From Chiloscyllium plagiosum (taxonomy: Eukaryota): a stretch of 64,000 nucleotides of DNA. The notes beneath the pieces were generated by a model. It saw only the letters and a list, made by a program, of their open reading frames with translations. It was not told where the DNA came from and searched no databases. Of the stretch, positions 36,540 through 49,769 are shown in pieces. The translations under genes and the position numbers were made by a program. Where the stretch lies: NCBI RefSeq assembly GCF_004010195.1, contig NC_057711.1, positions 80,268,528 through 80,332,527 of the forward strand, in the 5' to 3' direction. The first letter of the stretch is position 1. Every line of letters starts with the position of its first letter.

Positions 36540-38580
36540 TTTGAAGTGCAAAACTCAGCATTCATTCATATAGACCAGTGGCAGCAGTTGTTGTTAAATG
36601 CAATATGTCCAGTGCATTCCTCACTCTGCCATTAGTATCAGGCCAAAAGGCCAAAATGTTACAAGCAGCATAGACAGAACTGAAAATTGAAGTGGCACCA
36701 CAACTTGGGGAGGCATACATACTATACAATAAAAACACAATGCTATAAACAGAGCTAGGTAGTTCCAAAAACCAATGAGTCAGATCAAAACTCAGTAAGT
36801 AGTCTTGCCAACTAGTGCTGTGAAGGGTGGTGGACAATTAAACAATCAAAAGGAGAAGGAAGCTCCATAACCATCTCCATGCTTAACAACGATCGATCCT
36901 AGCACATAGGTACAACAGGTATACCTGAATTATTTGCAATCAATTTTGACCAGACGTTTCCTGTGGGTGATCCTAATTCAACTTACACCACTTGATATCA
37001 AGGGATGGCTGAACACATTGGTTACAACACGAGCTATAGGCCTCAACAATATCTTGGCTGTGGTTGAGGAGTTGGGGGTGGAGGGGAGGTGTGTTTGAAA
37101 TATATTTCAGAACATTTTTGAAGAAATAACAAAGAACATTGATGAAGGCAGAGTGGTGGACGTGATCTATATGGACTTCAGTAAGGCATTCAACAAAGTT
37201 CTGCATGATAGACTGGTTAGCAAGGTTAGATCACATGGAATAGAGGGAGAACTAGCTATCTGGATACAGACTGTCTTGAAGGTAGAAGACAGAGGGTGGT
37301 GGTGGAGGATTGCTTTTCACAATGGAGGCTTGTGACCAGCGGTGTGCCATAAGGATCGGTGCTGGGTCCACTACTTTTTGTCATTTATGTAAATGATTTG
37401 GATGTGAAGATAGGAGGTGTGGGTAATAAGTTTGCAGATGACACTAAAATTGGAATTGTAGTGGACAGCGAAGAAGGTTACCTCAGAGTACAATGGGATC
37501 ATAACCAGATGGACCAATGAGCAAGGAGTGGCAGATGGACTTTAATTTAGATGAATGTGACGTGCCCCATTTTGGAAAGGCAAATCAGGGCAGGACGGAT
37601 ACATTTAATGCAAAGGTCCTTAGGAGTGTTCTGAAGAAAGAGACCTTGGAGCGCAGGTTCATATTTCCTCGAAAATGGACTTACAGGTGGATAAGATAGT
37701 GAAGAAGGCATTCGGTATTTTTTCCTTTCTTAGAGCACTGAGTATAGGAGCTGGGAGGTCATATTGGGACTGTATAGGACATTGAGGGCTGACCGTAATG
37801 AGGGGCATAGATAAGATAAATAAACAAGGGCTTTTTCCCAGGATGGGGGAGTCCAAAATTTGAGGGCATAGGTTTAGGGTGAAAGGGGAGAAATTTAAAG
37901 GACACCTAAGGGGCAACTGTTTTATGCAGAGGGTGGTGCATATGTGGAATGAGTTACCAGAGGAAGTGATGGAGGCCGGTACAATTGCAACATTTAAAAG
38001 GCATCTGGATGGGTACATGAATATGAAGGGTTTAGAGCGATAATGGCCAAGTGCTGGAAAATAGAACTAGATTTATCTTGGATATCTGGTTGGTATGAAT
38101 GAGTTAGACTGAAGGGTCTGTTTTTGTGGCGTGTATCTCTATGACATTGTGGCTGTGACCCTAATTAAATTTGCCAATCAGACTATGATAATGCCATCTA
38201 CCCAACAATGTGGAAAGTTGCTCTGGTATGTCCTATTCATAAAAATTTGGATCCAATTTTTTTTTATTTTCCAACCGGACAAATTCAATCTGGCCATTTC
38301 TATTCCATTTGTCTAATCTCAATAATAAACTAAGAGGTGGAAATGTTGGTAAAAGTGTTATCAACAAACATTTGCTCATCAATAATTTACTCACTGATGC
38401 TCAGTTTGGTATCATCCAATGCTACTCAGGTCCAAACATTGGATCCCTTGATCCAAACGTGGACAAAGGAGCAGAATTCCAGAGGCAAGATGAGAGGGGC
38501 TACCTTTGACATCAAAGCAGTATTTGATACCTTAAGGAACCCAAACAAAACTGAAGTTAATGGAAATCAGGAGGGAAGCT
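36540..38580 (+). mobile_element. Old LINE (family of 7700-9390) split by a CR1 insertion
   Basis: Fragments 36540-37070 and 38150-38580 (LLTDAQFG, ATFDIKAVFD) are collinear around the CR1. Confidence 0.6.
37095..38146 (+). mobile_element. CR1/HER1 LINE, 5'-truncated RT with 3' end
   Basis: VDVIYMDFSKAFNKVLH (ORF 37153), SGVP*GSVLGPLLFVIYVNDLD, KFADDTK. Confidence 0.9.
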
Positions 38581-38954
38581 TTCCAGTCAGTAGCAGTCAG
38601 CCCTTTAATTGCCAAACTCTGCCTATTCCACATTCAAGTGAAGTAAGTTGCCTTATGCTTCTTTGACTAAATCTGAGAAACCTCTGGAGTTTGTGACTCA
38701 ACCCTAGTTTCAGTTTCAAGTGCATATGATGTCAAGTATTGTGGTCAGGCCTTCTGCTACAAAATCTCACTTGCTACTCCTGTGGTTCTGGCATACTTAA
38801 CAAAAAGGAAATGATTCAGCCTCACAGTCCATTTTGTGGTGCTGCACATTCATTGCTTTGTGCTTGCTGTAATAAAATTCCATCAGCAAGGTTTGCAATT
38901 TTGACTGTGCAAAGTAGACAAATTCCCTACTCGAGCATATCTGTTAGTCATGTA

Positions 38955-39455
38955 AATGTATTGGAAGCAGTTCAGGGAAAGTTCATTTGACCAATAACTG
39001 GGTTGGATGCATATCTTTTGAAGAAAAATCGGACAGGCTAAGTCTATATCCATCGGTGTTGAGAAATTGAGAGGCGACCTTATAGAAATGTACATGATGT
39101 GAAGGGAATTTCACAGTGTGAATGCTGCAAGGATGTTTGTTCTTGTCGTCAGACTAGAACTAGGGAACAAGTTTAAAAATCAGGGTCTCTCATTAGAATG
39201 GAAATAAGGAAATATGTTTTTCTCTCAGACAGTGATGAGTTTTTGGAATTCCCTTCCTGAAGAGGTGATGGAAGAATAATCTTTGAATATTTTAAAGGCA
39301 AAGGTAGATAGATTCTTGTTGAGCAAGGAGCTAAAAGGTTAACAGGTGCAGGCAAGAATATGGGTTTGAGGTTACTATCAGATCAGCCACGATCTTATTA
39401 AATATCATAATATACTAGAGGGGCTGAATAGCCTACATCTAATCCTTGTTTGTCT
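38955..39455 (+). mobile_element. CR1 LINE 3' fragment
   Basis: ttggaagcagttcag...gagaggcgaccttatagaaatgtac...gatcagccacgatctt. Confidence 0.7.
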
Positions 39456-39708
39456 GACACATTATAATTTGCACTCCATGATATAATAGTGTATTAGGAT
39501 TTGAATTTAGAATAAGCTTTATTGTCACATGTACTGGCATACAAATCACCACTTACGGTGCCATCTTAGATACCAGACTGAGATACATTTTTAGGGATAA
39601 AATTGGAAAAATAAAGAGATAAAAGGTCCAGAAATAAACTAAAGAAATAGGGATAGAAGAGTTCAGAATAACAGTCCTTCCAAATCAGATCACATCAGGC
39701 TTCACCTC

Positions 39709-39868
39709 GAGTCCGGGAGTGCCAGGAGTTGAGCCTACACTGAGACCTGGAATTGAGTGCACACTGAGGCCTGGACTTGAGTCCACACTGAGGCTGGAAG
39801 TCCAAGTCCATGCTGAAACTGGGAATCGAGTCCATGCTGCGGAGGCTGTGAGTCCAAGTCCACACTTA
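39709..39868 (+). repeat. Degenerate ~24-bp tandem repeat (~6 units)
   Basis: gagtccacactgaggc(c)tgga-like units. Confidence 0.65.
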
Positions 39869-40115
39869 TGCCGCTTCTGTCCATATTATATTATTGTGTT
39901 TGGAGATGGAATAATGAGCAAAGGACCCAGAAGCAATGTGGCAGTGCAATAGTATTTGAGTAGGCTAATGATCTATGGTGAATCGTTGGTTTCCAGTAGA
40001 TGAATAAAGGGTTAATGTGTGGAATTTAGAGTGCTTAGGCCTCACACTTACATCTTATGATCAGGTTGTAGGTAGCTACCTCTGTTGCATTGCTGACTGG
40101 ACAATCTGGACCATC

Positions 40116-40340
40116 AGGGAGGAGGAAGTGAGGACTGCAGATGCTGGAGATCAAACTCGAGAGTGTAGTGCTGGAAAAGCACAGCAGGTCAGGCAGCATC
40201 CGAAGAGTAGGAGAATCGATGTTTCGGGCATAAGCCCTTCATCACGGAAATCCAGATGAAGGGCTTATGCCTGAAACATCGATTTTCCTGCTCCTCGGAT
40301 GCTGCCTGACTTGCTGTGCTTTTCCAGCACTACACTCTCG
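40116..40340. mobile_element. Penelope-like insertion (family A), inverted, with 13-bp TSD
   Basis: TSD aatctggaccatc / aatctgaactatc. Confidence 0.8.
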
Positions 40341-40802
40341 AATCTGAACTATCGTTTTTGCTGTGTTAATCACACTACTGTAATGCTGACCACTATCAAT
40401 GCTAGACTTGATGCTGAAAATGATGCAGAAAATCTACCATATTTGTGAATATGTTTAATGTTTAAGCACAATTAAAGAATCACAGAATATTTACAACATG
40501 GAAAGAGGTAATTGAGCCTGTTATGTCTGTGTCAGCTCTTCATAAAAGCAATAGTGCCACTTCTCTGACTTTTCCCTGTGGATCTGCACATTCTTCCTTT
40601 TCAGATAATACCCTCTTGAATACCTCAATATTACTTAGCTTAACCAGAAGTCCAAACAGTCTATTTCAAAGCCTCAAAAACTTTCACTGAATGTTGAAAT
40701 AGCTCCAGTAGTACCTCAAGGGGACTCAGTATGTTTTTTTCTCAATAGTGAATTGGTTAAAGTTTGGTCAGCCACTCTTGGTTAATCCCTGTGGAGGTCA
40801 GT

Positions 40803-41160
40803 TTCTCCATTTCCCCTCCCCCACCTTATCCAAGTCCCAACCTCCCAACTCAGCACCACCCTCTTGAATGGTCCTACCTGTCCATCTTCCTTCCCACCTA
40901 TCTGCTCCACTCTCCTCTCTGACCTATCACTTTTACCCCACCTTTATCTACCTATCGCATTCCCAGCTACCTTCCCCCCAGGCCCAACCCCCTCCCATTT
41001 GTTTCTCAGCCCCCTTGGCCCACAAGCCTCATTCTTGATGAAGGGCTTATGCCCAAAACATTGATTCTCCTGCTCTTTGGATGCTGCCTGACCTGCTGTG
41101 CTTTTCCAGCACCACACTCTTCAACTCTGATCTCCAGCATCTGCAGCCCTCACTTTCTCT
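40803..41160 (+). mobile_element. Penelope-like 3' end (family A)
   Basis: C-rich 3' UTR then gatgctgcctgacctgctgtgcttttccagc...; TSD gaggtcagt. Confidence 0.8.
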
Positions 41161-41729
41161 GAGGTCAGTAATCCATTAAGTTTCCATCCCAAGGTTTGAG
41201 ACAGACTTTCCAGCCATTGAGGAGGGCAGGTTGGTCACAAATGAACTGCTTGCGGAGAAAGTGTCATGCTTTTCTATTGATAGGAAAGTGATCATTGCTG
41301 AAGAAAGCATTTCAGCTCAACTTATGTCTTCTTGAATCTCATGAAATCCTGTCAATCAAGAAATTTGCTATGCTGTTTCGTTAGTACTAAGCACCTATAA
41401 GAAAACCAAATAAATTGAAGCAATGCATCTTTGACTTGATTGATGCATCCGTAGAAAGTTTTTTTGTTTTTTATTACACATGCCCCAAATGATCCTGTGC
41501 CTGTAGAAGTTAAAGTAACAGTAAACTTAATAACCTCTCTTGGATTAATTCATACAATATAGGTGAGCTGCAGGACTGCTTACAGCATGTAACATACAGT
41601 GTAACTTCTGCAAGCAGAGCTTCCTTGTTAAGTACAGTCTGCACCCTTACATGGAAGTTGGGAGCCTTGCGACAATAGATCTGTAAATAAAGTTGTTGCA
41701 TATGGAATAAAAGGATAGATAGCAGCATG

Positions 41730-42390
41730 GGCTGAAAACAATGTGAACGACATAGTCAATGGATTGTTTTCAGGCTGGTGGAAGGTTTGTAGTTATGCTC
41801 CCCAGGGTTCGGTGTTCAGATCTTTGCTCTTCTTAATATATATAAGTGACATCAACTTTGGTGCATATAGCATTTTATTAATAGAGGAATTTCTGTAAAA
41901 CACTGGCTGAATCTCAACTGGCATATGAGGAAAGTGTGGAAACAATTCACAAGACTGGTCCCAAGAGTGAGAAACTTCAGTTATCTACATAGTTGGAATT
42001 GGAAAAGTTACATTTGCTTCCTGGGAGAAGAAAAGGCCAAGAAAAGACTTGATCGGTGCATTCACAAACCTGAATAGTCTGGACAGAGAAGAAAGTGGAA
42101 AACTATTCTGATCAAACCTGCACAGATTTAAGTTATTTGGATAAAGAAGCAATGGTGACATGAGGAAAACCTTTTCACATGATGAGTGTTTAGAATCTAG
42201 AAGATGCTGCTTGGGCTTCTGGTTAAGCTAGGTAATATTGAGGTATTCAAGAGGGTATTATCTGAAAAGGAAGAACATGCAGGTCCACAGGGAAAAGTCA
42301 GAGAAGTGGCACTACTGCTTTTATGAAGAGCTAACACAGACACAACAGGCTCAACGACCTCTTTCTGGGTTGTAAAAATTCTGTGATTCT
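41730..42390 (+). mobile_element. Degenerate CR1 LINE
   Basis: ccccagggttcggtgt (PQGSV) and a CR1 3' end with ttctgtgattct tail. Confidence 0.65.
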
Positions 42391-42428
42391 TTAATTGTGT
42401 TTAAACATTAAACATGTTCACAAATATG

Positions 42429-42555
42429 TTCCTGATGGAGGGCTTATGCCTGTAATGTCAATTCTCCTGCTCCTCAGATGCTGCCTGACCCGCTGTGCTT
42501 CTCCAACACTACAATCTCGACTCTGATCTCCAGCATCTGCAGTCCTCACTTTCTC
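42429..42555 (+). mobile_element. Penelope-like 3' end (family A) with 16-bp TSD
   Basis: TSD catgttcacaaatatg (42413-42428) / catgttcacaaaaatg (42556-42571). Confidence 0.8.
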
Positions 42556-44197
42556 CATGTTCACAAAAATGCTAGGTCTTCTGCACTATTTTCAGCATCA
42601 GGTCTAGGATTGATAGTTGTCAGCATTACAGTAGTGTGATTAACACTCAGCAAAAATGATGGTCCAGATTGTCCAGTCAGTGATGCAACAGAGGTAGCTT
42701 CCTTCCACCAGAAAATTAACATTCCGGATAAATAACACAAATGTACAGAAATTAGGACTTCCATATGGTCCCAAATCACAATGCAAACAAGTTGGAAGAT
42801 GAAAAACAGGGGGCACAGCATTATCAAGCTGAAAGCCTGTTACTAAACATAGATGCATGATATTGGACTGGCATTTCCATTTTTCATTGAAAAAAATGAA
42901 GGGACCTACTTCTTGTGCATACCTCTCCAAAGAACAGCCCAGCTTCATGGGAGATTCATGTTACTTTCTGGCCAGAATTTTAAAATCCTCTGGGTGAACA
43001 ATGCCCAGTTGGTGCCATAACACATCATTGCAGTGGTATAGTGCTCTCCAGCTACCCATCCTAAGCTACCATTCATTTGTGGTGGATTTGGGGATAATGA
43101 GCTGAAATGACATGCCACCAGCTGTGGCTGGGAATCCTATGACAGTTCCTTCCATCCTTCAAAATCATCGGGGGATGCTTTTCTGTTGAGATGAGACTGA
43201 CTTGAGACCTCTCCCATGATTATGTGGGTGTGGTGTCCATATTTCCTGTGGAATGTTTGGCTGCATTATTGATTCAGAACTGTCAAAATGTTAACAGTTT
43301 CTGTGTCCATTGATGCTCCCCAACCTGTTCAGTGCTTTTTCTCTTCACATTTCAAATTTCCAGCATCCATAGTAATATGCTAATGTCATACATTTCAAGT
43401 TTACTTGCCAATCACTAGAATACTCAGACAATAGAGATATTCTAGTATAACTGATTTGATTACTGATGGGATTCTATTGACAATTACTCGACTGAAATCA
43501 GGACAACAACATCTGCCGTGGTTATTTCAGTGTAAGGACCAAAATGATGGATGGGACAATTTCCTGAAAATTGCAAAATCAAATTTGGAGGCAGACCAAA
43601 ACCTGAAAAGTCATCATAAATAAGTTGTTCATCTCGGCCAGGTGGTGCTTATTGCCAGGAAGTTAACCTTAGCTAAAACTAGACATCTTGCTAACTCATC
43701 CATCTAGCATGAGAGACATACAATTACTCCAGCAGCATCTGTTCATAATGATCTAGAGAGAGCCTCCTGCCAAGTGAAATACGATGAGCCCTTTTTAACA
43801 TTTTCCATAGTTCTGGTCTACTAACGACTTCATATTGAAATGAAAGCAAGAAAGGCAACTAACTAAGGCACGTCGACATTACATTTGAAAGTGATTCCCC
43901 GAATTGAAATAAAACTGACTGAATTGTAACTTTGGGCCTTGCAGTAGGAATAATACCAAGGCTATTATTAAAGAGTAAATTGGATGCCAACCTTGGGTAT
44001 TCATACACAAATCCAGTTCAATCCAGTTGCTGTTTAGGATGACCTGCTCCTCCAGAAATAGTGACATTCTGAGATGTGCAATTCATTACAAATTGAAACA
44101 GCAGTAGTCCTGACAGTCCTTTCAGACTTCTCTATTCAAGGAGATCATGGCTGATCTTCTACTTTGACTTCAACTCCCTGCACTACAATGGTACCAT

Positions 44198-44480
44198 GGC
44201 AGCATGGTGGCTCAGTGGTTAGTGCGGCTGCCTCACATCACCAGGTTTAATTCCAGCCTCAGGTGACTGTGTGCATGGACTTTGCATGTTCTCCCTGTAT
44301 CTACGTGAGTTTCCTCCAGGTGCTGTGTTTTCCTCCCACAGTCCAAGGATGCACAGGTTAGGTGATTGGTCATGGGAAATGCAGGGTTACAGGGATACAG
44401 TCTGGATGGGATGCCCTTCAGAGGGTCAGTTTGGGCTTGTGGGCCAAATAGCCTGTTTCCATACTGTAGGGATACTATGT
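44198..44480 (+). mobile_element. HE1-like SINE
   Basis: ggcagcatggtggctcagtggttagtgc...ttcctcccacagtccaaggatg...gcctgtttccatactgtaggga. Confidence 0.85.
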
Positions 44481-45729
44481 GATGATCATATTGAAAATGT
44501 AAAATTCTTATGGTGCTTGACAGAGCAAATACCTTTTCTGACTGGGAACTACAACTAGGGTTCAAAATCGATGTTCCCTTTGTTGTGTAAGGTCCATGTG
44601 TTGTCTTGGATTGTCATCTCAAGATTGCTGTGTGGCTAAACATACGTTCACTGTAAAAGAAATAATGCTTGTTTGCAGTCTCTGTTTGCCTGGTATGGTG
44701 CAGTTTGGATTGCTGCATGCTACATTTATCATTTAAAGGAAAAAAATCAATTTTTTAAATGAAGCAGCATTTTACACCACAAATTTGTGAGAAAAACATA
44801 TTTAATCTAATATTTGAGAGCCAGGAAACTAATTAGTTTTACCCAATTAAAGAGTCTATCATTAACAAAAAGATTCCCCAGGGAATGAAGACTTTCTAAT
44901 GAACTGCTACCTCAGATGAATGGAACATAATTAAAAATTACTTTTAATGTCAATATACAAAATTTTGTTCCTTTGTGGTAATGTATGTTATTTGCTTATT
45001 TGTGGTTTACAATAACTTTCCATAATCTGTATTTTTTTTTCTCTTTTTAGTGAAATGCAAATGTAGCTTTTTTGATTTGTCTATGCAGGAAACAGATGTC
45101 TAATGGTCTTGTTTCAAAATACTCATCCATATTACAGAAATAGTCATCAGCTTTCTTCATGTGTATTTGAAAACAGTAGCTCGTAACTTAGTCAGATCTC
45201 TACTGAAACGACACTTGAGCAGCCTGTCATGGAGACAGATGTAACTGGAGATATCCACACATGTGTAATGTTCACGAGGGTAAAGACTGAAAGGATGTTT
45301 CAGCGCATGAAGGAATCTAGAGGTGGAGCTGGCAGTATTTTCCCCGATGATATCCTTGGTACCTTGTGGCTTTTCACACCTCAGTCTGTATAAAGTACTA
45401 GGGATATTTGAAGTGCTTCATCACCACCAATCCTCATTAGTCTTTTCTTTGTCTCAAACTGTCTACTAATTAGCGGTAGAACGTACAACGGTGTAAAGTA
45501 TCCACAGAAGAGGAATTGTTCTAAGGTAAAAAGATGGTTTACTGTACAATAACAATAAGTACAACCACATTTGGTCAGGCATAATTATTGCCACCTTTGA
45601 GAACTAGTAAAGATATCTTTGCTTTCCCTGAAAACCAAAATAGAATTTCTTGTCTCCACCCACATGCTGTGTTCTATCAGTCCAGTTAATTTTGCAAACC
45701 CATCAGAACTACTACCTTACACCATAGAC

Positions 45730-45992
45730 CAGTTTTAAAATGTAGGGTTTTCCAGTAGGATGGAGATGAGGAGGAATTTCTTCTCTCAGAAGGTCAATAA
45801 TCTTTTGAATTTTTTCCACATACAGTAGTGGAAGTAGCATCATTGGTTGAGTTAGACAGCTGTTTGCTCAAAAGGGAGTCAAGGATGCAAGCAGAAAACT
45901 GAAGTTAAAGTCACAATCAGACCAGCCATGACCTTGTTTCATGGTGGAGCAGACCTGAAGGGCTGATTGACATCTTCTTATTCCTATTCTTA
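45730..45992 (+). mobile_element. CR1 LINE 3' end
   Basis: gagatgaggaggaatttcttctctcaga...cagccatgacctt...atggtggagcag. Confidence 0.7.
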
Positions 45993-46994
45993 ATTATCTC
46001 ATTTTTCTTTCAAGTAACATAGGAGGGCACTTTTAAAAACATTTCAATTGAAATTGTCTTCTTCTTTAAGCAAAGGGAATAACTCTTCTGTGTGGATTCT
46101 CCTTGGCTATTGTCAATAAGAATCAGGAAATTAAACATGGAAATTGGGGATCGATCGACTTTGTGCATATTGTGCTTCTCCCCATGCAAAATTAGGACAT
46201 CTTACGCTGGTAATGTTTCATCATATCTGGTGGCTGAGAACTGATTGTATTTGTTTCTCTGTTTAATTGGTGTCTGGACCAAAAACATAGAATTAATGAT
46301 AACTCCTGTGGAAGTGAAACGGTGGCTCTGTCCTTCTTCATTCTGATGTTCCTTGACTATAACATTTTTTTAAAGTATGGAAACTAATTAATAACAAATT
46401 AGGTTACATGCTCTTTCTTGAAATGATTTTAAAGCAGTATACATTACCTAATGTGCCTCAACCGTTGGACACAGGATTAATATTGCATTTAATGGTTGGA
46501 TCTTTTAACAATATCAATAAAGTCAATTAGACTGTTTCAGGTAATATCTGATATCCATGCATTTGCTGCTTTAATGCCAAGTATTACATCATATTAACAT
46601 ATTAAAATTAAATCAGCAAGATAAAATATTGAAATCCCAATTTTGGCATTCAGCTCAAAAATCTGGAATTATCCCAAAATTAACACAGAGCCAAAGATTT
46701 TAGACACCAAAACACTTAAAACAATTGTCTACACTCAGCTAGACAAGTTAACACAAGGAATTATTGTGTGCTTTATTGTTTTCTTTGTCTTTTCAGTATC
46801 AAAATGAAGTACAGTGGCTGATAATGTGGTGACCAATGTAGATGCAACAAAATATTTTATATAGCATCCAGAGCCATAATATAATATAGTTATAAAACAT
46901 ATATAGTATGTATAAGTGTATAATATAATAATCTTATACATTTATACATAATTATATACCTTTTATAATACCATAATATCGTAAAATATAAGAG

Positions 46995-48400
46995 CAGAAG
47001 ATACAAGAGCAGAATTAAGCCAATCAGCCTATCAAATTTGTTTTGCCATTTGGTCATGTGTGATAAGTTTCTCAACCTCATTCTCTTGCCTTCTCCCCAT
47101 AACCCTTGAGCCCCTTACTAACCAAGGATCTATCTATCTCTGTCTTAAATACACTCAACAACTTGACCTCCAGCAGACTTCTGTGACAATGGGTTCCACA
47201 GATTAACCATCATTTGTCTGAAAAAAACCCTCCTCATTTCAGTTCAAAAGTGTTGTCCCTTCACTCTGAGTCTGTGCCCTCAGGTCCCAGTGACTCCTAC
47301 TGGTGGCAACATCCTCTCTATGCCCCCCAGTCTATTCAGGCCCCTCAGTATTCTATAAGTTTCAATCAAATCCCCCCTCATCTTCTAAACTCCATTGAAT
47401 AAAGAGCCAGTGTCCTCAACTGCTCCTCAAATAACAAGGTCTTCAGCCTTGGGAATATTTTTGTAAACCTCCTCTAGACCATCTCCAATACCAGCACATT
47501 CCTCCCTAGGTACAGGCCCCAAAACTGCTTACAATATTCCAAATGCTGACTGACCAAAGCATTATATAGCCTCAGCAATAAAACTCTGCTCTTGTCAGCT
47601 CGTCAGCTCAAAATGAATGCAAACATGGCATTTGACTAACTGCCAACTGAACCTGATGTTAACCTTAAGAAAATCCTGAACTAGGACTCGTACCTTCCTT
47701 TGAGCTTCAGATTTCCAAAGCCATTTCCCATTGAGAAAACATTCTTCCTACTAAAGTGTATAACTTCATACTTTCCCACATTGTATTACATCTGCCACTT
47801 CTTTGCCCACTCTCTTAGCCTGTCCAAATCCTTCTGCAGCCTCCCCACTTCCTGAACCCTACCTATCCCTCCATGTATCTTTGTGTCACCAGCAAAGTTT
47901 ACAGCAATGTTCTCAGTTCCTGTGTCCAGATTGTTAAGGTATAACGTGAATAGCTGTGGTCCCAACACTGACCTCTGTGGAACTTCAGTAGTCACTGACA
48001 ACCTTCTGCCAGACAACTAATCCTCTACTCAAGTCAGTACATTGTCCCAAACACCAGTAGCTCTTATCTTATTTAGCAGCCTCCTAAGCACCACCTTGTC
48101 AAACTTCATCTATAAATCTAAATAGATCACGTTCACTGGCTCTCCTTTGGCTAACTTGCTTATTAACTCCTCAAAGAATCCTAACAAATTTATCAGGCAT
48201 GACCTTCCCTTTGATGAAGCTATGCTGACTTCACCTTATTCTATCATGCACTTCCAAGTGCTTCACAATTTCATCCTTAATATCTTATCAACAACCGAGG
48301 TCGTGCTAACTGGATTATAATTTTCCATCCTCTGAATCCTTCCCTGCTTAAACAAGGGTGGTATATGAGCCATTTTCTAGTCCTTTGGGACCCTCCCTTA
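46995..48400 (-). mobile_element. CR1 LINE RT and 3' end
   Basis: ORF 47786-48016: VPQRSVLGPQLFTLYLNNLD...NFAGDTKI...LQKDLDRLREWAKKWQM. Confidence 0.9.
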
Positions 48401-49087
48401 CTAATAAATGAAAGGCCACATATTTATATTTATGCTGTCCTGTAAGAAGCTGTTGACATTTCACTCATCCATATTAATTGATTAACTCCAAATGCATGCA
48501 TCTTTATCTTGCATATTTTCTTCTTCTCTGCTTCATCTACTAGTTTTCATTTATCTATCCCATGAGCTACCTCATCAAAAACCACTTCCTCAAAAACTGC
48601 AATAACAATTTGCCCAACCTATTTTCCATTTCATGAAACCTCATTGACTTTACATGACTGTATTATAATTTTAAGTCTATGTTAATACTTTGACGATAAT
48701 AGATTCCAGCATCTTCCTGGTTTCTCATGCTTTTGCTGGAAATACAGTATTGGACAAGAAGAAATTTTCTTCAATGAAATAATGAATTCATTGCTGTTTG
48801 TCAAACTGGCAAACTCCATTTCTTGAACAATCCCGTGTTTTCCCTCAGCACTCTCAGACAATGAACCAAACCTATCATAACCTTACTGATCAGTTTGAAT
48901 CCAAACTGAAGTTCTTATAGTATATCATGCTCATTGCTGTGCTCACGTACATCTGTCTCTAGCAATGCCCACTCTGCAATCGTCTCACTGTAGCTGGAAT
49001 GTTTAGTCGTGTCTTTCTTACTTCTGTTTGCAACGATTTCAATATTCACCAGAAAACCTCCCACCTTGCATCTCTCAAAATTTTTTA

Positions 49088-49562
49088 AAAATCATACAAC
49101 ATCAGGTTATAGTCCAACAGGTTTATTTGGAAGTGCAAGCTTTTGGAGCATTGCCCCTTTATCAGGTAGCTAGTGGGGCAGAATCTTTGGACATAGAATT
49201 GATAGTAAAAGATCAAAGTGTCATACAGCTGATGTGATTTGTCGAACAAACCTAAATTGCTGTTAATTCTTAATCACTTAGAGTAGGTTGCAGGTAATGA
49301 ATCAAAACCTGCATCCTCACGCTAAGTGATTAAAGCTTAATAGCAATCTAGGTTTGTTCAATACATCACATCAGTTGTATGACACTTTGATCTTTGACTA
49401 CAAATTCTATGTCCTATGATCCTGCCCCACTATCTACCTGATGAAGGAGAAAGCTTATAAGCTTTCTAAAAGCTAGTACTTCCAAATAAACCTGTTGGAC
49501 TATAACCTGGTGTTGTGTGATTTTCAACTTTGTCCACCCTAGACCAACACTGGCACCTCCAC
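49088..49562. mobile_element. Penelope-like (family B) head-to-head inverted insertion
   Basis: aaaaatcatacaacatcaggttatagtccaacagg...; its reverse complement cctgttggactataacctggtgttgtgtgatttt occurs ~400 bp later. Confidence 0.8.
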
Positions 49563-49769
49563 AGCAAAAGTTTTAGACTATGTAAACCTTGACTAATCCT
49601 AACTCATACCAAGACCTGTTCATAAACATCTTTATGCTTTTTGATTTACATTGACTTGCAGTCCAGAAAATCATCAATTTTAAAATTCATTAATATTGGC
49701 TAAACACTCATTTGTGTGATTTGTCTTCTCAGCTGAAAATAATAAGGGTATGAATAAAGAACCTGAATT

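Larger units (their letters stand above)
40070..42703. repeat. Inverted duplication: arms ~40070-40660 and ~42207-42703
   Basis: Reverse-complement matches, e.g. tacctctgttgcattgctgactggacaatctggaccatc vs gatggtccagattgtccagtcagtgatgcaacagaggta, and cagataataccctcttgaatacctcaatatta vs taatattgaggtattcaagagggtattatctg. Confidence 0.9.

Noticed and set aside
46850..46990. AT-rich stretch as a regulatory element
   Set aside because: Low-complexity (TA)-rich sequence abutting a CR1 tail.
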